Shown piece by piece: positions 39,814-46,173 of a DNA stretch of 64,000 nt. Position 1 is the first letter of the stretch; each line of letters opens with the position of its first letter. Under the pieces are notes generated by a model. It had not been told where the DNA came from. It searched no databases and saw only the letters and a program-made list of their open reading frames with translations. A program made the position numbers and the translations under genes. This DNA comes from Chloroflexota bacterium (GTDB taxonomy: Bacteria > Chloroflexota > Anaerolineae > UBA2200), in contig JACIWW010000011.1 in the NCBI GenBank assembly GCA_014360905.1, positions 27,428 to 91,427 of the forward strand, given 5' to 3'.

Positions 39814-40740
39814 ATGGCCATAAAGAAGCCCACTCTTGCATTGCCCACATGGATCAGGACGCTTGCTACGATATTAGTGGTTGGTCTATCTTTCTTATAT
39901 CTGGGGCACAGTATTGTTATTGGTCTGAAACAGATTGACCTGACCCAGCTAAAGCCCCAGCCTATTCCGTTGCTCCTAGCCCTGCTTTTGTACACAGGCG
40001 CAGTTCTAATTGGGGGCTGGTGTTGGTCGCTAATTATGAAGGGATTGGGACAAAAACCTTCGCTGCGCACCAATATCAAAGTCCACCTCAGCGCAAACAT
40101 TGTGAAATACCTGCCTGGTTATGCCTGGCAGATACTGGGCAAAGCCTATCTCTGCAATCGCCAAGGTATCCCACAAGGGCCAATTGGTGTGGGCATTGCC
40201 CTAGAATTTCTCAGCATTGTATTGACTGGAATATGGATCATTGTTGTGACCCTGCCCAGAACATGGCTGCAGAGCTGGGGGCTAGCTTCACTAACCCCAT
40301 GGCGTTTACCGGGCATAGTGGTTATGACCACGCTGCTCATTGCATTGCCCCGCTTGTTGGATGACGCACTCCAATATTTCGAAAAACACCGGGGGCATAC
40401 ACAGCACATGCAGATTGAGTACAAATCGTTGTGGTTCATGTTATTTCTGATGATCGTAGCTTGGTTTGTCCTAGGGTTGACTCTCTACATGCTCACTGTT
40501 GCACTTTATCCGATGGCCATTGCCGATTTACCAACTCTGACCTTTGCCTGGGCAGCATCTTCACTTGGCAGCTTGGCCGTGATCTTTGTTCCAACAGGGA
40601 TTGGCATTAAGGAAGGGATGTTAGCATTCCTATTGAGATTCCGTCTGCCGGTGGCTATGGCGGCCATTGTAGCTGTTCTGGCGCGGGTAATCTCGATTCT
40701 GAGCGAGGCACTTTGCTTCTGGGCAGTTCAGCGATTGTGA
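39814..40740 (+). CDS. Flippase-like / lysyl-PG-synthase TM-region family (UPF0104-like) membrane protein
   Basis: 308 aa with about 8 hydrophobic helices. The NIVKYLPGYAWQILGKAYL and VPTGIGIKEG patterns resemble the LPG_synthase_TM family. Confidence 0.65.
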   Translation: MAIKKPTLALPTWIRTLATILVVGLSFLYLGHSIVIGLKQIDLTQLKPQPIPLLLALLLYTGAVLIGGWCWSLIMKGLGQKPSLRTNIKVHLSANIVKYLPGYAWQILGKAYLCNRQGIPQGPIGVGIALEFLSIVLTGIWIIVVTLPRTWLQSWGLASLTPWRLPGIVVMTTLLIALPRLLDDALQYFEKHRGHTQHMQIEYKSLWFMLFLMIVAWFVLGLTLYMLTVALYPMAIADLPTLTFAWAASSLGSLAVIFVPTGIGIKEGMLAFLLRFRLPVAMAAIVAVLARVISILSEALCFWAVQRL

Positions 40741-40785
40741 GGGCTACGCATAGAATCAAGGAGTAAAAATCACCCAAAAGAGTTA

Positions 40786-40814
40786 TTGAAAAAAAGGCAA
40801 TTATATGCTATGAT
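40786..40814 (+). promoter_or_regulatory. Promoter candidate (TTGAAA-N17-TATGAT) in an AT-rich 180-bp spacer
   Basis: Hexamers at 40786-91 and 40809-14, upstream of the RBS GAGAGGAGAAAGG and the ATG at 40922. Confidence 0.45.
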
Positions 40815-40921
40815 GAGAATGTACAAGTAGCCTTGTTGTGGCGACTTGTTTGTTTCGTGGTGATAAATTGTTATGCTCGTTTCTGAGAGAGCAAAATTAT
40901 TGATAGAGAGGAGAAAGGCAA

Positions 40922-42349
40922 ATGAGGAAACTAGTTAGAATCTCGCTGGTGATTGCGCTCGTCGTGATTAGCATGCAGCTGGCATCTGGTATAGTAGGAG
41001 CGCAAAGCGGCTCTTGGGTTTCTGGTTTTATGATTCAGAACCAGGACACGGTGAACCCTGCCAATGTGACCATCAGGTTCTATTGGGCGGAAGGTACCCC
41101 CAACGCTGGCACTGTAGCGCTTACGCTTACTGATACTATTCTCGCTGGCAAAGCAAAATCCTATTACACTCCAAGCATTGCTGGCTTGCCTGATGGTTTC
41201 ATTGGCTCCATAGTCATTGAATCTGATCAGCCAGTAGCAGCGATCATCAACACCCAACTCCCATCCGGGAGCGGAGCTAGCCCTACCAGCCCGAACCGTG
41301 TAGGTACAGCGAGCGGCGTGCTGGAAGCACAGACGGGCACTACGATGTATGTGACACAGGTAATGAAGGCGGCCTATGGCGGGTGGAGCTCTTACATCGC
41401 TGTACAGAACGCTACGGCAGATACCGCTTCAGTCACGGTACGCTACTATGATGCTACTGGTGCGCAAGTAGCGACGAACACACAGTCAGTACATCCCTAC
41501 TCAACTTATGTATTCCGTCAGGAAAACGAAGCGGCACTGCCTTCCGGTTTCGCCGGCTCAGCCAAGATCGAGTCCACCAAAAATATCGCGGTGATTTCCA
41601 ACTTCTATAACGTAGGGACCACTGCTGCGACATCTCAGTTCCATAGCTACAATGGTCTGGCGTCTGGCGCTACCAAGCTATACGCACCGCGCGTGGTCAA
41701 AGATTACTATGGCTACCAAAGCGGCTTGAGAGTCCAAAACGTAGGTGGAGCCCCAACGGTTGTGACAGTACAGTACAAATTCGGTGGTAACACGTATACA
41801 CAAACCTCGCCTTCTATTGGCCCAGGACAAGCTTGGGGACCTTATATGGGTAGCCCAGCCCAATTGCCACCAGAAATGGCTGCCGTGTCTGGTTCTGGCT
41901 CAGCGATTATCACTGCCAGCCAGCCTGTTATTGCTACGATCAATGAGGACAACCGCACCAAGGGCCAAGGTATCACCTACAACGCCTTCCTGGATGGCAC
42001 AGCGACTACGACGGTGCTCTTCCCGCAGGTTACTTCCAAATTTTACGGATACTGCAGTGGTATCCAGATTCAAAACGTGAGCACTGAAGCCGGATCCTTT
42101 ATAGTTACCTACTCAATGTCTGGTCGTACGGACGTGATCGTAGGGCCATTACCACTTGGCCCCGGTGAGAGCTGGAGCCAGTTCCTACCCAACGTAATAC
42201 CTGGAGTGGACTTTAACGGCTCGGCAGTCGTGGTGTGCACCAAGAACATTGTCGGTATCGCCAATATGTCTCACCGCAGCGATGTGGATACTCGCTATCC
42301 TATGAACTACGGTGACAACTTTACCACCTACAACGGTATTAACAAATAG
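40922..42349 (+). CDS. Secreted protein built from four ~110-120-aa beta-rich repeats (function unknown; surface/S-layer-like candidate)
   Basis: Signal peptide MRKLVRISLVIALVVISMQLASGIVGA. Each of the four repeats is anchored by xSxhxhQN (Q-N at aa 39-40, 162-163, 272-273 and 384-385). Repeats 2-4 are preceded by hYxPxVxKxxYG strands (MYVTQVMKAAYGGWSS, LYAPRVVKDYYGYQSG, VLFPQVTSKFYGYCSG). The gene has its own promoter-like element and a strong terminator. Confidence 0.8.
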   Translation: MRKLVRISLVIALVVISMQLASGIVGAQSGSWVSGFMIQNQDTVNPANVTIRFYWAEGTPNAGTVALTLTDTILAGKAKSYYTPSIAGLPDGFIGSIVIESDQPVAAIINTQLPSGSGASPTSPNRVGTASGVLEAQTGTTMYVTQVMKAAYGGWSSYIAVQNATADTASVTVRYYDATGAQVATNTQSVHPYSTYVFRQENEAALPSGFAGSAKIESTKNIAVISNFYNVGTTAATSQFHSYNGLASGATKLYAPRVVKDYYGYQSGLRVQNVGGAPTVVTVQYKFGGNTYTQTSPSIGPGQAWGPYMGSPAQLPPEMAAVSGSGSAIITASQPVIATINEDNRTKGQGITYNAFLDGTATTTVLFPQVTSKFYGYCSGIQIQNVSTEAGSFIVTYSMSGRTDVIVGPLPLGPGESWSQFLPNVIPGVDFNGSAVVVCTKNIVGIANMSHRSDVDTRYPMNYGDNFTTYNGINK

Positions 42350-42370
42350 CTTTGGTGCTTGAGCGAAATG

Positions 42371-42406
42371 AGAGCCGCCAGAGATTGTCTGGCGGCTCTT
42401 TCTTTA
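42371..42406 (+). terminator. Rho-independent terminator
   Basis: AGAGCCGCCAGA-GATTG-TCTGGCGGCTCT (12-bp stem) followed by TTCTTT. Confidence 0.85.
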
Positions 42407-42494
42407 CTCCTTATTTATACAACGATCTTGTAGATACCAGTCTTTCTGACCCTGCGCAATTTGATACCCCAGATAATAGGAAAAACCAATAACT

Positions 42495-43262
42495 GTGAGG
42501 AAATGGGCTATTAAGCTGCTCAAAGCGTTAAACTTGTATCGAACGGCGAAAACGGTTAAAGACCGTATTGCGTCTTACGCTCCATGGAATCTGCGTCAAT
42601 ATCGAGCCATGGTTGAGTTCTACGCCCAATTTATCAAAGAGGGTGATTTGTGTTTCGATGTAGGCGCCCATACAGGTGAAAGAACGCAGGTTTTCCGTCA
42701 ATTAGGGGCTAAAGTGATCTGTGTGGAGCCGCAGCGTGCCTGCTTGGAGTGGCTCTATCAACGGTTTGGCCACGACCAAAATGTCATCATTGTCGGAAAG
42801 GCCCTTGGTGAGCAGGAAGGGCATGCAGAACTGGCTGTATGCGAGGATGCCCCAGAAATCTCCACCATGTCTAAGAAATGGAGAGAGCAAGGAAGGTTTT
42901 CCAGAGAGCACGAGTGGACCAAATCAGAGCAGGTATCTGTTACGACCCTTGATGCCCTGATCCACATGTATGGAGTGCCAACCTTCTGCAAAATCGATGT
43001 GGAAGGTTATGAGGCACTCGTGCTCAGGGGGTTGACGCAGCCCATCCCTGTCATCTCTTTCGAGTTCACCAGAGAGTTTCTTCCCGATGCCTGGCTTTGC
43101 ATGAATCGCCTTCTGTCGATAGGGCCTGTCGTTTTCAATGTCTGCATTAATAACTCAACGCAGTTTCTCTCACCAACCTGGACAACAGCAGAGACCCTCT
43201 ATGAAACATTGCTATCCATAGAGAATCCTCTTCTCTGGGGAGATATCTATGCCAAATTTTAG
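42495..43262 (+). CDS. FkbM-family methyltransferase
   Basis: CFDVGAHTGERTQVF, VICVEPQ and CKIDVEGYE motifs typical of FkbM-type methyltransferases. GTG start. Confidence 0.8.
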   Translation: MRKWAIKLLKALNLYRTAKTVKDRIASYAPWNLRQYRAMVEFYAQFIKEGDLCFDVGAHTGERTQVFRQLGAKVICVEPQRACLEWLYQRFGHDQNVIIVGKALGEQEGHAELAVCEDAPEISTMSKKWREQGRFSREHEWTKSEQVSVTTLDALIHMYGVPTFCKIDVEGYEALVLRGLTQPIPVISFEFTREFLPDAWLCMNRLLSIGPVVFNVCINNSTQFLSPTWTTAETLYETLLSIENPLLWGDIYAKF

Positions 43263-43312
43263 ACCTGACCTTCGTTGCACAAACAAGATATTGGCGCAAG
43301 CGCACTGTCAAC

Positions 43313-43341
43313 TTGACTAGTAACGATAAATATGATAAGAT
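43313..43341 (+). promoter_or_regulatory. Promoter candidate (TTGACT-N17-TAAGAT) for infC-rpmI-rplT
   Basis: Hexamers at 43313-18 and 43336-41, leaving a leader of about 75 nt before the infC start. Confidence 0.45.
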
Positions 43342-43418
43342 AGCCCGCTAAGTGGGCGCACTCTTGGCGGTCAGAGAGGATTTGCGCTCAAATCATCGAG
43401 ACATGAGGTGGGAACGAG

Positions 43419-44018
43419 ATAAGTAGCAAAGAACACCGTATCAACGAGGCGATTACGGCCAGCGAGGTGCGCTTGGTTGATGAAACGGGCAAGCAGATGG
43501 GGGTCTACCCTATTAGGGAAGCCCTGCGGATTGCCCAGGAGCGTGATGTAGATCTGGTTGAAGTTGCGCCTGCAGCCAAACCTCCTGTATGCCGTTTGTT
43601 AAACTACGGCAAGTTCATCTATGAGCGAACGAAAAGGGAGAAATTGGCTCGCAAAAGCCAACGTACGATCGAGATCAAAGAAATCCGTATGCATCCCAAA
43701 ATTGGAGCGCATGACCTCGCGTTCAAGACCAGGCGCGTGCGTGAGTTCCTCGCTGATGGAGCAAAAGTGCGGCTGCGGGTGCGCTTTCGTGGACGTGAGA
43801 GGAGTTACCCAGAGATTGGACGGGAACTGTTAGAGCGGCTGGCTGCCGACCTTGCAGATGTGGCAACGGTTGAGCAAGCGCCGACCATGGAGGAAGGAGC
43901 AAGTAGCGTGTTTTTGTTGCTAGCATCCAAACCTTCAGCCCGGCGGTCGGGAGCCCAGCAGCCAGAATCCACGGGAAAAGCAAAAAACGAGCAGAGTGTA
44001 CCCGAGACGATAGGATAA
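43419..44018 (+). CDS. infC: Translation initiation factor IF-3, initiating at a non-canonical AUA codon
   Basis: The ORF track begins at GTG 43467 (MRLVDETG). The upstream in-frame sequence ATA AGT AGC AAA GAA CAC CGT ATC AAC GAG GCG ATT encodes (M)SSKEHRINEAITASEVRLV, which matches the conserved IF-3 N-terminus (B. subtilis MISKDQLVNEGIRAREVRLIG). An in-frame TGA lies at 43404-06. GAGGTGGG lies 5 nt upstream of the ATA. Confidence 0.85.
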   Translation: MSSKEHRINEAITASEVRLVDETGKQMGVYPIREALRIAQERDVDLVEVAPAAKPPVCRLLNYGKFIYERTKREKLARKSQRTIEIKEIRMHPKIGAHDLAFKTRRVREFLADGAKVRLRVRFRGRERSYPEIGRELLERLAADLADVATVEQAPTMEEGASSVFLLLASKPSARRSGAQQPESTGKAKNEQSVPETIG

Positions 44019-44045
44019 GTTAAGGTTTGGGGAGGTGATTGTTCG

Positions 44046-44249
44046 GTGCCAAAATTGAAGACTCATAAAACTACGGCCAAACGCTTTCATGTGACTGGCA
44101 CAGGCAAAATTATGCGGCTTAAGGGACATCGAAGCCATTTGCGACGCAGAAAAGCAAAGCGAGTACAACGTCTCTACGATCGCAAGCTCGAGGTGGAAAC
44201 CAGAGGCGAAAAAAGCCGCATTAAACAACTTGTGCCATATCTCAAGTAG
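44046..44249 (+). CDS. rpmI: 50S ribosomal protein L35
   Basis: [27 protein letters not shown] start 7 nt after GGGGAGGTGA. Confidence 0.95.
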   Translation: MPKLKTHKTTAKRFHVTGTGKIMRLKGHRSHLRRRKAKRVQRLYDRKLEVETRGEKSRIKQLVPYLK

Positions 44250-44301
44250 CAAAGTTCATGTGGTAAGCAGAACAGGATTGTATTAGAAGGAGGTTTTTGG
44301 A

Positions 44302-44661
44302 TTGCCTAGGGTCAAAAGGGGAGTGCCGGCCCATAAGCGGCACAAGAAAGTACTCAAATTTACCGCAGGACAGCGGGGAAGCAAGCACTTGCTGTACCGA
44401 CGTGCGAATGAGGCACGTATGAAGTCACTCTGGTATGCTTATCGCGATCGTCGCAACCGCAAGCGCGATTTTCGTCGCCTTTGGATTGTGCGCATCAATG
44501 CTGCTGCTCGTCTCTGTGGAATAACCTATCATCAGCTAATCGCTGGACTCAACAAGGCGGGAGTAGATATCGATCGAAAGATACTGGCTGACCTTGCGGT
44601 TCGTGATAGCGCGGCCTTTGCACATCTCGCAGGGATAGCGAAGGAAGCGGTAACCGCCTGA
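44302..44661 (+). CDS. rplT: 50S ribosomal protein L20
   Basis: [26 protein letters not shown]...[19 protein letters not shown] start after AAGGAGG. Confidence 0.95.
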   Translation: MPRVKRGVPAHKRHKKVLKFTAGQRGSKHLLYRRANEARMKSLWYAYRDRRNRKRDFRRLWIVRINAAARLCGITYHQLIAGLNKAGVDIDRKILADLAVRDSAAFAHLAGIAKEAVTA

Positions 44662-44702
44662 GATCATCCTAGTGATCATTCTGGGATACGACGCGATGAA
44701 GT

Positions 44703-44750
44703 ATCTCGCTTCTGGAGCAGTATGATGCAACCAGAAGCGAGATTTTCTTT
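44703..44750 (+). terminator. Rho-independent terminator after rplT
   Basis: 13-bp stem ATCTCGCTTCTGG / CCAGAAGCGAGAT with a 15-nt loop, then TTTCTTT. Confidence 0.85.
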
Positions 44751-44770
44751 GTAACGGCTAAGGAGACAGG

Positions 44771-45574
44771 TTGTCAGCCACCTCAGACATTATTACCAGC
44801 CCAGCTAACGAACAAGTGAAATATGTGCGCACCCTGCATCGGCGACGCAACAGATACAGAGAACGCAAGTTCATTGCAGAAGGTTTACGCACTGTAGAGG
44901 AAGCAATCCTGGCAGGCACCCAGCCCGCTCTTCTTTTCCATACCCCAGCAGTGCAGCATATGCCCCGTGTCTATTCTATCTTGTCTCAGGCAGAGGAGCA
45001 AGGCACTAGCATCAAAGCAGTGAGCGAGCCAGTTATGCAGCTCATAGCTGATACAGTCACCCCTTCGGGTATCTTGGCTGTGCTTCCCATGCGCGAATGT
45101 GCGCTGCCAAGTCCATTAACTTGGGTACTGGTGATCGACTCCTTGCGCGATCCAGGGAATCTGGGAACGATTCTGCGCTCTGCCCTTGCGGCTGGCACTG
45201 AATTGGTGATCACCAGCAAAGGTACAGTAGATGTCTACAGCCCCAAAGTGGTGCGAGCTGCAATGGGAGCACACTTTCATTTGAACCTCTGTGTACATCA
45301 GAATTGGTCTGCAATTAAGCGTATCCTGAGCGGCGTCCGGGTGCTTGTAGCAAAGCCCGGGGAAGGGGTTCCGTATTGGAAAGTTGACTGGCGGCAACCC
45401 ACTGCCTTGGTCATTGGCGGCGAAGCTGAGGGCACCAGCCCAGAAGCAGAGAGATTGGCGAGTAGCTCTGTGACTATCCCCATGCACAAGGGCATCGAAT
45501 CTCTCAATGCTGCAGTTGCTGCCAGCGTCCTGCTTTTCGAGGCAGCGCGGCAACGTTTTCATCCGGACCTATAG
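44771..45574 (+). CDS. TrmH/SpoU-family RNA 2'-O-methyltransferase (RlmB-like)
   Basis: SLRDPGNLGTILRSALAAG, LVIGGEAEG and IESLNAAVAASVLLFE motifs. TTG start after AAGGAG. Confidence 0.85.
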   Translation: MSATSDIITSPANEQVKYVRTLHRRRNRYRERKFIAEGLRTVEEAILAGTQPALLFHTPAVQHMPRVYSILSQAEEQGTSIKAVSEPVMQLIADTVTPSGILAVLPMRECALPSPLTWVLVIDSLRDPGNLGTILRSALAAGTELVITSKGTVDVYSPKVVRAAMGAHFHLNLCVHQNWSAIKRILSGVRVLVAKPGEGVPYWKVDWRQPTALVIGGEAEGTSPEAERLASSSVTIPMHKGIESLNAAVAASVLLFEAARQRFHPDL

Positions 45575-45591
45575 CCGCTTACATCAAAGTG

Positions 45592-46083
45592 CTACCTAGT
45601 ATTAGTTGCTTCCAGGTATTCTCGCAACCATTGCAGTGCCGCCTTGGCCGATTGCCTGCGGTTCTCCCAGCGGTCTCCTGTCCAGAGGTATTTCCTGCAT
45701 TCTTCCCCTTTGGCTGAGGCAAGTGCAATATAGGTGAGTCCTACCGGCTTCTGCGGCCTAGCCCCAGTTGGCCCGGCAATACCAGTGATGGCTACGGCCA
45801 GATCCACATGCAGAAGATGCCGTACACCTCTGGCCATGGCGATGGCGGTTTCCGCGCTCACTGCACCATAAGTATCCAAGACGCTGGCTGGCACCCCAAG
45901 CACGCGCCTCTTCGTTTCATAGGAATAGGCGACCACGCCGCCTTCGAAATAAGCGGAGCTGCCGGGAATATTTGTGATATGCGTAGCCAGCAACCCACCC
46001 GTGCAGGATTCGGCTACAGCCAGTTTTAGGCAACGTTGTTGCAATAGCCTACCAACGGTTTCTGCCAGCGAATCTATGTCCAA
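45592..46083 (-). CDS. pncC: CinA C-terminal domain protein / nicotinamide-nucleotide amidohydrolase
   Basis: LKLAVAESCTGGLLATHITNIPGSSAYFEGGVVAYSYETK. 163 aa. Confidence 0.85.
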   Translation of the reverse strand: MDIDSLAETVGRLLQQRCLKLAVAESCTGGLLATHITNIPGSSAYFEGGVVAYSYETKRRVLGVPASVLDTYGAVSAETAIAMARGVRHLLHVDLAVAITGIAGPTGARPQKPVGLTYIALASAKGEECRKYLWTGDRWENRRQSAKAALQWLREYLEATNTR

Positions 46084-46173
46084 TTGATTAAACCTCTTCT
46101 ATGCTACGATTGATCAGCAATCAGTTTTCATTTTTCTGCTTATTCAAGTTAAGAAAAATTGTTCGAAAAGCTC

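Noticed and set aside
24376-43262. Horizontal-transfer island call for the glycan block, based on apparently lower GC
   Set aside because: I cannot compute composition reliably by eye. There are no flanking tRNA genes, integrases, direct repeats or IS elements. This was left as an uncalled impression.
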